Source: Podarcis cretensis (taxonomy: Eukaryota). From it: a DNA stretch of 64,000 bases. This document shows positions 9,780-22,177 of this stretch, one piece after another. The position numbers and the translations under genes were made by a program. The notes under the pieces are model-generated. The model saw only the letters and a program-made list of their open reading frames with translations, did not search any database and had not been told where the DNA came from. The stretch is taken from positions 45,508,001 to 45,572,000 of the forward strand of contig OX638161.1 in assembly GCA_951804945.1 (NCBI GenBank). The letters are read 5' to 3'. How positions within the stretch are numbered: position 1 is the stretch's first letter; every line of letters begins with the position of its first letter.

Positions 9780-12700
9780 GTAAGGACATTATTTTTATTC
9801 TTTTTTTTGGGGGGGAACTCCTGGTTATGTACGTAAATAATAAAAATTAGATAATAAACGTGATAGTATGATAAGAAAGCAGGCTCCTCAGTGTTGGCAG
9901 GTGGCTAGTAGGATTTGTAGTAGAGAGGACAGGCAGACCATCAGTAGATTGAGCTAGAGTCAATGACATGGGACCATCGCCTGGACAGTCCATAAGCAGG
10001 AACAGGGGAGAACATTAGCTCAATTTACATTGAAAGGCACACCTAACTAATTCAGATTTCCTGAAAGGTTTTGAAAACCAAAACATTGACATCCTTTGAA
10101 ATTCACATTTGATATGCAGCTATATTTTTCTCTTCTGCACTTTCCTCCTACTCTGGCCTTCAGCAGTTGTGTCATACATTTCATTCTGTTCTCCACAAAG
10201 AGGTCATAAGAATTAGCAAATGTAAGAAAGATCCTGCTGGGTCTGGCCAAAGGCCTATATAGCCCTACACTCACAGTAGTCAACGGGTGGCCATGAGAAA
10301 CCCACAAACAAGTCCTGAACATCACAGCAGTCTTCTCAGCTCCTATTTCCAGAAACTGGAATTCAAAGGCATAGTGCCTCTAATGGTGGAGAGAGAACCT
10401 AGCCACTGTGCTTAATAGCTATATCCCTGAGGTCTGTCCAGCAGAAGCAAGACAGAAGCAGGAAAACCCAGCACATGCATAATCTCTGTATTGTTTCAGC
10501 GCATTGCCAAAGAACTACCAGCATGTCCTTTCCTTAGTCTTTGCTGTGAATGAGGTCAACGAGAACCCCAACATTTTATCCAACATCACTTTGGGGTTCC
10601 AGATCTATGACAGCTACTGTCATGCAAAGATGACTTATCAGAATACTTTGAACCTCATCTCTCATCACAGGAAAACCATCCCCAACTACAAATGTGGTGT
10701 TGAGAAGAACCTGGTAGCTGCCATTGGGGGCCTTGACTCTGAAACTTCAAGCCACATGGCCTCCATCTTGGAGCTTTATAAGATTCTACAGGTAGGAAGA
10801 GTGTGGCTGGAATGAAGACTCCACAACTGTTGTATATGATTTAGCCTTAGTGTGTATTCCCAGGGCATTGGGAGGGGGAGAAGGAAATGAGAATGTTTTT
10901 TGGCAGGCTAAAACAAATATTTCTTGCTTATTTATTGTTTTATTTATAAAAACAAAACTACCCTTTCTTTCAACTTTCAGTATGCCATGACTACAAGAAA
11001 CTAAGATCCACTCCCTTAGTAGGCCACTGAAGGTGTATGGTATGAGAAACCAAAATTTTAATCTTTATGACAGCAGGTTGGGATCCACCAGAGGATCCTC
11101 AGTGGCAAAGCCAGACCAGTTCCCCTTCACTTGCCATGACAACACACTTAGGGTGCATCACAGACAATGTGGTTTGGAGACATGGAAGGTTTATGGGGAG
11201 GGATGTTAAAGTTGGATGGGTATTGGTATTAAAGGAAATTTGAAAGTAGTATAAAAGATTAATGTTTTTTAGTAAAAAAAAATTATTAAGAAATATATAT
11301 TAAGCTCAGAATACAAAGGATCCACTCCAACAGCCACTACTGCCTATAAGACATGGCAAAAGTAGGAAAATGAGGAGCAAGGATGAGGAAAAGCAAATTC
11401 AAAAACTAGTCCTTAAACTCAGAAAGTTATTGAGATTGCCAACTTAAATGGAAAACCTAAAGTAGATGAGGATTACCTAAATAAAACTGCGTTAATGGAA
11501 TGTTTCTGGTCCCAGTCTCTCCCTCTGCTGAAGCATGATGTACTAAAAATGTGTTTGATTACTTAAAGACACATAAATATCCTATCTGGTGATTAAAAAT
11601 CCCTCTGTTCTTCACTAGATCACCTATTCTTCATTCACTCCATCGGTGAGTGAAAAAGACCATATTTCTTCGTTGTACCAAATGGCCCCCAGTGAAGCAC
11701 ATCAATACACTGGCATTGTTCAGCTTCTTCTCTATTTCCAGTGGAAGTGGGTTGGGATATTTGTCACAGCTGACGATAAAGGAGAAACGTTTGTGAAAAA
11801 GTTGACACACCAGCTTTCCCGGAATGGCATCTGTATAGCTGTCACTGAGAGATTTGTAATCCACAAGGATCTTAGTGATTTGGGGATGATGGCGGAATAT
11901 CGGAGAATGGCCGAGTCCCTAGGCAAAACAAAAGTCAATGTATTTGTTGTCAATGCAGACAAAAACACCAAGACAAGTTTGCAATGGCTGCTACTAATAG
12001 GCATTGTGTTGAGTGCGAGTGCCATAAACAAAGTGTGGGTTATGACCGCCGACTGGGATTTGTCATTGGAAGTATACCACAAAGATCTGGATATACAAAA
12101 CTTCCATGGTGCCTTTTCCTTTGCCATTCCTTCCAATGAGGTGAAGGGGTTCCACCATTTCCTCCTCAACCTAAATCCCCACTCTGAGGCCGATGGCTTT
12201 ATCAGGTTCTTCTGGCAACAGGCATTTGGTTGCCAGTTTCTAGATGTGGAGACGGAGGAGGAATCCTGCACTGGTGAGGAGAAGCTGGAGAGCCTTCCTG
12301 GGGCTTTTTTTGAAATGCAAATGACCAGCCAAAGCTACAGCATCTACAATGCCGTCTATGCTGTGGCACATGCTTTGCATGCCATGTTGGCATCCAGAAC
12401 CAAACAGGGAGAGATGGTGCTTGGTAACTATCTGAGAACTCAAAAGCCGCAATTCCAGGTAATGTCTAGCATGGAAAGCAGATCTTTTTTTTTAATGAAT
12501 AGCCCAAGCATAAAACTAAATCTTGGAGAGCACATTCCACATCCACAGAGAATGTTGCTTTTTCATTTGGCTCTTTGGAAAGTTGTATGTATTTATTATT
12601 ATAAGGCATGGGTCAGCAAACCTTTCCTGTGCTGGGGGCCAGTTCACTGTCCCTCAAAACTTGTGGTGGGCCAGACTGTGCACATGCACACACACACAAC

Positions 12701-15700
12701 TCCCCTCCCACCCTCCCTTCTTCCCTAGGGGACAGAGCGACTGAGAAACCTCACTCACCACATTCATACGGAGCGGGATGGGCTGGGGAGGGGGCACCCT
12801 GCCGGCGCTGGGTCTCAGCTTGTGCAGAGGGGCCACAGCCACCCAGCCAGGAGGCGCCCCTACCCCGGGGTGTCCATGACGATGCACTCATATGCCACCA
12901 GCAAGCAGCACAAAGGAGTCCTCCTCCTCATCTTCATCATCCTCACTCCTCACAGGCTCTCTGCTCCTGCTTCTTCCCACCCCTTTGCTTCTATTCCTCC
13001 CTTATCGGAACTAGACATCAACAAGGTGCCCTGCCCTGCGCCTTGCCCCAATTGGAACAGCGAGCCTTAGGAAGGGTCGCTATTGACCGCCAGCTCACCT
13101 CAAACCGACCAATGGCCTGAGGTTGCTAAGGCTTCAGATTGGCCAGCGTCGCAGAAGTCTGAGCAACCTCAGAGCATGCTGGGAAATGTAGTCCCAGGAG
13201 AGCTAAGGATATTTGTTATATATTTCAGATGCTATCAATAGATAGTTCAAATTTCAATGAGATCTGGTATAAAATAACACAATTAACTTAAAAGTGCTAA
13301 CAGACTAAAGTCAAATATCTTGCTAATAATGCAATGTTTGAAAGTTTTTAGCAGGTGCTGAAAAAAGTTGAATGGAAATGTTTAACTTAAAATTAAAGTT
13401 TAAACCTCCTGTCCAATGTGTGTGGAGAAATATGAGGCCAACTTGCACTGTCCTGGAAGCTAGGAATTAGGAAAATTCACAATTTATGCCTGTTTATTTG
13501 TGTTCTGCTGATCTTTCCTCAATTTCTACATGTTGCTCAGAATAAACCACACAAAATTGAAAAAAACTAAAAAGGTTTACTTACATTTAATGAAGGCAGC
13601 TACTTCTATGCAAAAAAAAATGCTTCTTAGTTACAAAAATGGAATCTAGACAGGCATGTCTCCCCTTAAAACTCAAGGGGAGTTTCAACAAATACTGTGA
13701 ATTGATCCCAGCATGAGAAAACAGAAGCTTTGTGCTATGTGCTCTATTTCTACAAAATTAACCATTCTCTTTCCTCCACTGAAGCTTCAACCTTTCCTGA
13801 GGAATATCTTGTTTAACAACAGTGCGGGGGACACAGTCTTTTTTAATGAGAAACGTGAGCTAGAAGGTGGATTTGATATTATCAACTGGGTGACTTTCCC
13901 AAATAAGTCCTTCTCAAGAGTGAAAGTTGGGGAAATGGATCCCCAAGCACCACTGGGCAGTGATTTCTCCATTGATGAAAAGATCATTACATGGCACCAG
14001 AGTTTTAACCAGGTAGGACCCAATTGCAGCTTCTGAGGTCTATAGGTAGACATTCACCAGATTTGTTTGATAATCATTTACACCCTATGGAAGGAGTTCC
14101 TTTTAGCTGCATTGATTTTTGTTTTTGCCATGCTTCATAAGTTCTTTTTCTTAATGCGTAATGTGAATTAAAAATCCAAGAATTATATAAATGTTTTAGA
14201 TTAAGAACATTCACATGCAACAAGCACAGTCTTCATGCAATGCAAAATTGTGCTTCGTAGGAATCTTTAGTTTCATTTCTGTGATTCATTTCTTTAAAGG
14301 AACCTAGTTGCCACTTCTCATCTTTAAAAACATATTATAAAAGGGAAACGCATATCAGTAGGTCCATTGTCTTGCACATTTTCTTTCCCTGAACCATTTA
14401 CTAGCTGAGTGTCTCAGTTGGTTGCATGTCAAGACCCTCAAGCCAATCCACCATTAGAATAATGAAATTCACTCAGACACAGATTTTTTATTTAAGGTTA
14501 TTGAGCAAATTTTGGCCACAACTTTATTGATTACAGGAAATGTGAGCGGTATTGGCTTAGGCATTGGCAAAAGACTATATTGGACTCCCGCCCCCTTTGA
14601 AAGGGTAAACCACCCAAAGGGGAGCTGCTTCGGGAGAACCTGCCTGCATCTCCCCCAGTGTTCCCAGAGGCCTGGCCTGACCCTAGCCACTGAAGCGGGC
14701 TTCAGACAGGATCCAGACCCCGGATTCCTTTAACTGAATACCCTTGGACAATGGAGGGCCAGGCGATGGCCGACCTCCCCTCCCCCACTCAACAATAAGC
14801 CAATGCCTAAGCTCCAAACCTTACAAAGTTGTGACGATTGCTAAGAGGTAGGGGAAAACCAAGTGGCCAGTGCCAATTTGCCAAATGGAAAAATTCCTAC
14901 CCAAGACGGGCAACCAACTGAAGTACACAGCAAGGCCAGACGACACCTAAATTAAAGGGAGGGTGGGCGTGTGTTCGGTAGCGCGAAGCAGGTGCTTGGC
15001 ACATGTTGCTCTGCTGCTTTTATACTCCCCCCAATGACCACCTTACTCAAATTGATTGGGCAATAGCCCTGGGTAATCGTGGTGCCACCCTGGCGTGAGG
15101 GTAATGGCTTCACCCACGCCAGGGTGAAGGGACCGGGTTGAGGGCATGCCCACAACCAGGACCATCTATTAAGATGATCCCACTTAGAGCAAGGTGCTGA
15201 TAATGCCAAGGTCACAAGTTTGATCCCTTTATAGGACAGCTGTATATTCCTGCATTGCGGGGGGTTGGGATACATGATCCTCAGAGTCCCCTACAACTCT
15301 ATGATTGTATTATCTTTATTGGGTTGAATACCCACAAATATTGGTAATTGTCACAACCATTGTAAAGTTAGTGGTGCTAATTAATTAAAAAAACAATAAC
15401 CCTCTGAGTGCCTTATTTCAATGCAGCACCCTGTCGATGAAAAGGCAAAGAACAAACAAAAATAGAATAGAATACATGCAATACCTTCTGTTTTATGGGC
15501 AGGTGGTGCCCCTTGCCTTGTGCAATGACCACTGCGATCCAGGTTACAGCAGACAAAGGAAAGAGGGGGAACCATTTTGCTGCTATGATTGTACTCCATG
15601 TCCAGAAGGGAAGATTTCAAACCAGACAGGTAGGGGACTGTATGCTATAGTATATCAAATATACTGAGAGCCTGTTTGTTTTTTTAGCTATTTGTGATAG

Positions 15701-18181
15701 AATAGACGGCTTACAAAAGACTTGAAGATAAATCTTTACTTGTCAGGTTGTCAACAGTTGAACAACAAGTATTATTCATATATATACTGTATATAGGTAT
15801 ATACTGTATATACTGTATATATATATATTAATAAATGCAATGGAATTCTGTCCCTTGAACCCAAAAGATGGTTTTCTCTCCCCCCCAAAAAAAAAACTCC
15901 TTCATAGTAGAGCATAAACTAATAATCCATAGCTTTCCTGTCCTTTAAAACTCCTACAGACAGTGTCTCCCGGAAATCACCACATTCCTGCGTTCTCAGT
16001 CAAAGATGCAATAACAGAATAACCAACCAACAGTCAATTACAGTGGTGCCTCGCAAGACGAAATTAATCCGTTCTGCGAGTCTCTTCGTCTTGCGGTTTT
16101 TTTATCTTGCGAAGCACGGCTATTAGCGGCGTAGCGGCTTAGCGGCTATTAACGGCTTAACGGCTTTAAGAAAAAGGAAACAAACTCGCAAGAACTCGCA
16201 AGACATTTCGTCTTGCGAAGCAAGCCCATAGGGAAATTCGTCTTGCGGAACGACTCAAAAAACGGAAAACTCTTTCGTCTTGCGCGTTTTTCATCTTGCG
16301 AGGCATACGTCTTGCGAGGTACCACTGTACTAACTGCCTCCTTCTTTACCCAATACAATTTTTTCATTGTGAACTATATTTACCATGCAAATACAATACA
16401 ATCCGTTCTTAAACTGAAGCCGTTCTTAATCCAAGGAGCGCTTTCCCTCGCTTTCCATAATGAGGCCTCCCGCTGCCAGTGCCCTTCCACCATTCGGCTT
16501 CCCTTCTTAGACCGAGGTAAAGTTTGCAAACCGGGACACTACTTCCAGTTTAGCGGAGTTCGTAAACAAAATAGTTTGTAATCAGGGCTGTTCTTAAACT
16601 GAGGTAATATTGTACAAGTGTATTATCCTAAACAATATTATAAATTGCTAACCATCGTATCTTCTGCTTACCTTCACACCTGAAAATTTCATGGATTGCA
16701 TGGACAGCAACTTACTTGATCATCAAAATTCAATAATTGTCAAATCAAGAGTATTTTTTTGACCATATTCCTAGGTGTGTTAACTAGGTTATATTAGCAC
16801 CTTCAGTTGATATTACGCTTCCTTTCTGGGATAGGAAATGCTGTAAAAAATTGGTAAATGAAACTTCCTATTTTACAACCATTTCTACTGGTAAGCTGTG
16901 AAACATTAATGCTTAATGAAAATTTGTTCATCCAGATAGCTTGAAAGTTCTTATTGCTAGAATGGGGATTCTTTCCTCTAAGCACACCAACTTTCAATTC
17001 TATGCATGTGTAAACACAAACAAATATTTATGGAGTTTATTATTTAGATTTAATTCTCATTTAATTATCCACTGGAAAGAATCTTCCAAAAATAGCTTAC
17101 CTTAAAGACAAAACATGTTAACACTCTAACAATTTCATGAAAAAGATAACATTGTTATTCTGTATACTGTAAATTAGACTGAATTATAGTACAGTTTCCT
17201 GATCCTAGACCATAAAGATTTGTATCTCAGTGAGACTGAAAATACTATAACTGTAATCCTGATTTCTTTATACTGCCAGATATGGATGATTGCTTCCAGT
17301 GCCAAGAAGATCGGTATCCTAACCAAGAAAGAAACCGCTGTATCAGCAAGAAAGAAAACTTCCTATGTTATGAAGCACCTTTAGGCATCAGTTTGGCTCT
17401 TTTGGCTCTGGCTTTTTCTGCAACTACAGCATTGGTGTTTGGAATCTTCATCCAGCATCAAAACACTCCCATTGTCAAAGCCAACAACCGGAATCTCACC
17501 TACACCCTGCTCATCTCCCTCCTGCTCTGCTTCCTCTGCTCCTTGCTATTTATTGGGCGCCCCCAGTTACTGACCTGCAATCTACGACAAACTGCCTTTG
17601 GTATCATCTTCTCAGTGGCTGTTTCTTCTGTTTTGGCTAAAACTCTCACGGTGATTCTGGCTTTCATGGCCACCAAACCAGGATCCAAGATGAGGAAATG
17701 GGTGGGGAAAAGATTTTCCACCTCTATTGTTCTTGGTTGTGCTTCTATCCAGGCAAGTATTTGTATAGTATGGCTCTGTACTGACCCTCCTTTTCCAGAT
17801 CTGGACTTGCACTCTCTGCCTGAAGATGTCATAGTGGAATGCAATGAAGGCTCAGCCAACATGTTCTACTATGTTCTTGGTTACATGGGGCTGCTGGCTC
17901 TTGTCAGCTTCGTTGTGGCTTTCTTTGCTCGGAAGCTGCCAGACACTTTTAATGAAGCCAAATTTATCACTTTCAGCATGTTGGTGTTTTGCAGTGTGTG
18001 GCTTTCTTTTGTTCCATCCTACTTAAGCAGCAAAGGGAAATACATCGTGGCTGTGGAGATTTTCTCCATCTTGGCCTCCAGTGCAGGGATCTTGGGTTGT
18101 ATCTTCTCCCCAAAATGTTATGTCATTGTCTTCAAGCCTGAACTCAACTCAAAAGAGCAGCTAAAAAAGAGAAATAAGTAA
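9562..18181 (+). CDS. V2R gene 2: complete vomeronasal type-2 receptor, about 868 aa, 6 exons
   Basis: Exons 9562-9779, 10500-10791, 11619-12458, 13785-14012, 15503-15629, 17280-18181; all GT-AG, phases 2/0/0/0/1, total 2607 nt in frame. Confidence 0.92.
10206..10420 (-). mobile_element. Old CR1 LINE 3' end fragment
   Basis: ataagaa...ctgctgggtctggccaaaggcc...ctcacagt resembles the squamate CR1 3' terminus. Confidence 0.5.
10500..10791 (+). CDS. V2R gene 2 exon 2
   Basis: [35 protein letters not shown]; 292 nt; AG/GT bounds. Confidence 0.92.
11619..12458 (+). CDS. V2R gene 2 exon 3 (Venus flytrap)
   Basis: [35 protein letters not shown]; 840 nt. Confidence 0.92.
12607..13135. mobile_element. 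Probable non-autonomous hAT-type DNA transposon in intron 3
   Basis: GC-rich island starting catgggtcagcaaacc and ending gaggttgct, resembling Charlie/MER20-like termini. Confidence 0.4.
13785..14012 (+). CDS. V2R gene 2 exon 4
   Basis: [25 protein letters not shown]; 228 nt. Confidence 0.92.
14424..15183 (-). mobile_element. Putative DIRS/Ngaro-type solo terminal repeat (copy 2), inserted into a SINE
   Basis: Reverse complement carries tataaaagc, cccaccctccc, aataaagttgtggcc and ends TGCAA; splits SINE sequence ctcagttggtt|agagc with only tt shared. Confidence 0.6.
15184..15310 (+). mobile_element. tRNA-derived SINE with CR1-like tail (Squam2-like); its 5' part is at about 14405-14423
   Basis: agagcaaggtgctgataatgccaagg, B-box-like gtttgatccc, tail cctgcattgcgggggg...caactctatgatt. 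Confidence 0.7.
15503..15629 (+). CDS. V2R gene 2 exon 5 (cysteine-rich NCD3G domain)
   Basis: [26 protein letters not shown]; 127 nt. Confidence 0.92.
16041..16327. mobile_element. pogo/Tigger-type MITE (family A)
   Basis: TIR cagtggtgcctcgcaagacg / cgtcttgcgaggtaccactg, TA on both sides. Confidence 0.88.
16400..16612. mobile_element. Partial Tigger-type MITE (family B relative)
   Basis: ccgttcttaaactgaag...ttcttaaactgaggtaatattgta resembles the copies at 22892 and 45412. Confidence 0.6.
17280..18181 (+). CDS. V2R gene 2 exon 6 (7TM)
   Basis: 902 nt; near-identical to gene 1 exon 6. Confidence 0.95.
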
Positions 18182-18591
18182 CAATCTAACTATTGAAATC
18201 ATTATAGTGGATAGATGTTGCTTACTGCCAGAACTTCAGTTGTCAAAATATGGAAAACCTTGCAGTACTTGCAGCCTGCTCCAGTATGGAAATATGTGTA
18301 GTTTAGCACTAGCTGAAAAATTCACCCCTCAATAATATGTTGCCAAAGGCTATGAAGATTGTGAAAAACTCTGTGCGGTTTGGTGGGATTTTATCATGTA
18401 CAAAACACAAGAAATATAGACTCACAGGTTTCCCTCTCCATGGTACAACATGAAATTGGGTCTTCCTAACGCTCTTAAGTACTCAACTTATCTAATTTTA
18501 ATCTTTCTGATATATTTCTTTTATGTATTTGTACTTGTATACCTATTATTTTTATTGTATTGCTCTGCTCAATTTATTTCAATTAAATAAT

Positions 18592-19935
18592 ATAGAATAT
18601 GTGATAGTACAGTTGAAAGAGTCATCCAGTCCTAACCCCTGCAGGGGGTTGCAGGAATCTCAGCTAAAACACACATGACAGATGGCCATCCAACCTCTGC
18701 TTTAAAACCTTCAAGGAAGATGAGACAACTACTTCCTGAGGGAGTCCCTTTCACTGTCTAACAGCTCTGACTGGCAGAATTCCCCCCCCCGATGTTTAGT
18801 CGCGGACTCTCCTTTCTTGTTACTTGAATCCATTGGTTTGAGTCCTACCCTCCAGAGCAACAGAAAGCAAGCTTGTTCCATCTTTCATGTGGCAGCCCTT
18901 GAGATATTTGAATATGGCAATTATATACCTTAAGGATATTAAACATATTATGGCTAAACATACACAATCCATTCAACTGTTTCTCCTAAGGCTTGGTTTC
19001 CAAACCCTTGATCACCTTGATTGCCCTACTCTGTACACGCTCCACCTTGCCAACATCCTTCTTCAATTGTGGTGTCCAGAATTGGATACAGTATTCCTGG
19101 TGTGATCAGACCAAGGCAGAATAGAGTGGTACTATTACTTCCCTTGATATGGACCCTATACATTTGTTGATGCAGCCTAGAATAGAATTAGGTCTTTCTT
19201 TGCTGCTGCATCATACTGTTTGTCAGGAATGAGCCAGCTCCTAGTGAAGGTTTGTTGTTAACAGCAGAAAACAGCCAGAAACAGAGAGGCTGCTTTTATG
19301 TTAGTCAGACAGAGGAAATCCGGCAGCTGCATATTCTGGCTCCTCTCGACCTTGACGTGCAAGCTGATAAGACAGGAACAGAGAGCAGGCTAGAACGCAG
19401 TCAAAGCTCGCCGGAAGCACAAACGTGCAGGAAAGAGTTAAGAGACAGCCTCTCAGAGAATGGGGAAGAGGCGGGAGCTGACCCTCTCAGTCCAAGGTCT
19501 TGGTGAATGGGAGGGTTGCAAGATAGGAAGCAAAACAAAAGACGTAAGAAGTGAAAGTTCAGCTGTTTCTGGTCAAGCCAGAAGCAGTCTTCAGAAGGGT
19601 CATCTTGAATCATGGTGCCAGAGGCTTTGTTAGAGCCGTCCCAAGCTATCTGTTTGTTTTTGCAATAAATCCTCCTTTTTAATTAGCTACACTTACTGTG
19701 TTATCAAGCTGAGAACCTGGACTCCTGACATGTTGACTCATGTTAAGCTTGTCCACCAAGACCCCCTAGATCCTTTTCCAATGTACTGCTAGTAAGCCAG
19801 GTTTCCTCCATCTTATATTTGTGCATCTAGTTCTTCCTGCCTAAGTGCAGAACCTCCCTATTAAAATTCATTTTGTTAGTTTGGGTCCAGTTCTCCAATC
19901 TGTTAAGGCTATTTTGAGTTATGATTCTATCCTAT
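18592..19935 (-). mobile_element. CR1 LINE 3' fragment (older), interrupted by a solo LTR
   Basis: Colinear with the CR1 at 20106-20920 (tggtgtccagaattggatacagtattcc, gatgcagcctagaat). Confidence 0.85.
19221..19730 (+). mobile_element. Solo LTR, 510 bp
   Basis: 8-bp inverted termini TGTCAGGA...TCCTGACA, 4-bp TSD TGTT, internal AATAAA near 19664. Confidence 0.88.
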
Positions 19936-19958
19936 GAGGGCAACTGTAAAGCTTTGCA

Positions 19959-20105
19959 ATGAAGAGGAGGATTATTATTCTGGTGCTTGTGCTGCTGGTG
20001 CTGTTCCCTCATATGGTGTGCAAATTCCATAGTTCTGAATGTATTGCAAATGATCCTGTCCCACATACATGGCACCAGCCAGGTGAAATCCTCCTTGGTT
20101 GGATT
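19959..20105 (+). pseudogene. Orphan, truncated V2R exon 1
   Basis: MKRRIIILVLVLLVLFPHMVCKFHSSECIANDPVPHTWHQPGEILLGWI, homologous to gene 3 exon 1; cut by CR1 before the splice donor. Confidence 0.85.
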
Positions 20106-20920
20106 CATAGAATCATAGAATCATAGAATCATAGAAACATAGAGTTGGAAGAGACCACAAGGGCCATCGAGTCCAACCCCCTGCCAAGCAGGAACACCAT
20201 CAGAGTACTCCTGACATATGGTTGTCAAGCCTCTGCTTAAAGACCTCTAAAGAAGGAGACTCCACCACACTCCTTGGCAGCAAATTCCACTGTCGAACAG
20301 CTCTTACTGTCAGGAAGTTCTTCCTAATGTTTAGGTGGAATCTTCTTTCTTGTAGTTTGGAACCATTGCTCCGTGTCCGCTTCTCTGGAGCAGCAGAAAA
20401 CAACCTTTCTCCCTCCTCTATGTGACATCCTTTTATACATTTGAACATGGCTATCATATCACCCCTTAATCTCCTCTTCTCCAGGCTAAACATGCCCAGC
20501 TCCCTTAGCCGTTCCTCATAAGGCATCATTTCCAGGCCTTTGACCATTTTGGTTGCCCTCCTCTGGACACGTTCCAGTTTGTCAGTGTCCTTCTTGAACT
20601 GTGGTGCCCAGAACTGGACACAGTACTCCAGGTGAGGTCTGACCAGAGCAGAATACAGTGGCACTATTACTTCCCTTGATCTAGATGCTATACTCCTATT
20701 GATGCAGCCCAGAATTGCATTGGCTTTTTTAGCTGCCGCGTCAAACTGTTGGCTGATGTCAAGTTTGTGGTCAACCAAGACTCCTAGATCCTTTTCACAT
20801 GTACTGCTCTCAAGCCAGGTGTCACCCATCTTGTATTTGTGCCTCTCATTTTTTTTGCCCAAGTGCAATACTTTACATTTCTCCCTGTTAAAATTCATCT
20901 TGTTTGTTTTGGCCCAGTTC
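20106..20920 (-). mobile_element. Young 5'-truncated CR1 LINE
   Basis: Open 232-aa ORF2 C-terminus (LVRPHLEYCVQFWAP, LERVQRRATKM); (ATTCTATG)n tail at 20106-20143. Confidence 0.95.
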
Positions 20921-20924
20921 TCTG

Positions 20925-21465
20925 TGCTCTTTGGCCTTGCTTTGGATTAGGTCACCTGTTTTGGAACAGGGGCTGGGTAGGGTTAGGGTTCCACTTGGCA
21001 GATTGGCTGTAGCCACTTGGCTTTCGCCTACCCCTTTAGCAATTGTCACAACTTTGTAAGGTTTGGCGATTAGGCATTGGATCAGCAATGTGTGGGGAGG
21101 TGAGGTGCAGCCATCACCTGCCCCTCCAGCAATAGGGTATTCCAGTAAAGGAATCTAGGGGTCCTGGATCTCGTCCGAAGTCTGCTTGAGAGGTTAGACC
21201 CATGCCAGGACGACAGGAACCACGGGGTGAGTTTCGGTTGATCTTCATCGAAGTTGCACCCTCGTTTGGTGTTTACCCTTTCAGACTACCAGCCAGAGAG
21301 GCAGGAGTCAGTTAAAGTCTGTTGCCAATGCCTAAGCCAATACCGCTCACTTTTGCTGTAATCAATAAAGTTGTGGCCTAAATTATTGCCCGATAACTTA
21401 AACTGATATTATGTGTCTGTGTGAAGTTATTTACAGGGGAAGGGCTTGGGGGCCTCTAAGCACAA
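20925..21465 (+). mobile_element. Putative DIRS/Ngaro-type repeat (copy 3, 5'-truncated)
   Basis: Shares tcacaactttgtaaggtttgg, tgcctaagccaataccgctcac and ctgtaatcaataaagttgtggcc with copy 2. Confidence 0.6.
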
Positions 21466-21956
21466 CCCTGTTACTACTGATGCAATGCCAAGCCCAAAAA
21501 CACTGCAGCAGTTATTATCTCTTCTATAATTATCAAACTTACAGTCATTATTTCAATGGCAAATCCAAAGCTTAGAGTTTCCTCCCAGAGGCATGGGGGG
21601 GGGGAGGGAAATAAATAAGCAAGTGAGTGAAATAATATAAAGCCCCACTGAGATAGATACACCCAAGTGTAGGGATTAAGGGCAGGCAGGGCCATGTCAT
21701 TTCAAACTCTGTCAGTTTCCCCCTTTCACTATATAGATCAGTCAAGCATTCAGATAATGTTCTTAAAATACAGAAATGCCTTAGAAATCCTTTAGATTGT
21801 AAATCTAAAAGTGGACACAAGTCTCTTTAACTAGTGCATTGGCTGGCAGTCAGCTAAAATTTAAAGTGCATTCTTTAAAGTAGGAGGAATTCAATTTATT
21901 GATTAGTCTACGGAGAACCATTTGGAAATCAACTATGCAGCTTTGACATCAGAAGG

Positions 21957-22177
21957 ATGGTGACTGTGGTGTTCATGGTTCTTGTGGTGGTGTTTCCTCA
22001 CATCGTGTGCAAAGCACACAATGTTATGTGTGCTGTGAATGATCTTGTTCATGTTCCACATGAATGGTACCAGCCAGGTGAAATTCTAATTGGTGGGATT
22101 GTGTCTTATATCTATTATCTTGTACCCAGCGTTGACTTCCAGAAACCCCCATCTCAGGAGCAGATTGATGTTCCACT
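21957..22177 (+). CDS. V2R gene 3 exon 1
   Basis: Signal peptide, [14 protein letters not shown]; donor GTAAGA. Confidence 0.87.

Noticed and set aside
5000-18285. 12-bp reverse-complement match between the gene 1 and gene 2 3' UTRs (actggagcaggc)
   Set aside because: Too short and does not extend; compatible with chance
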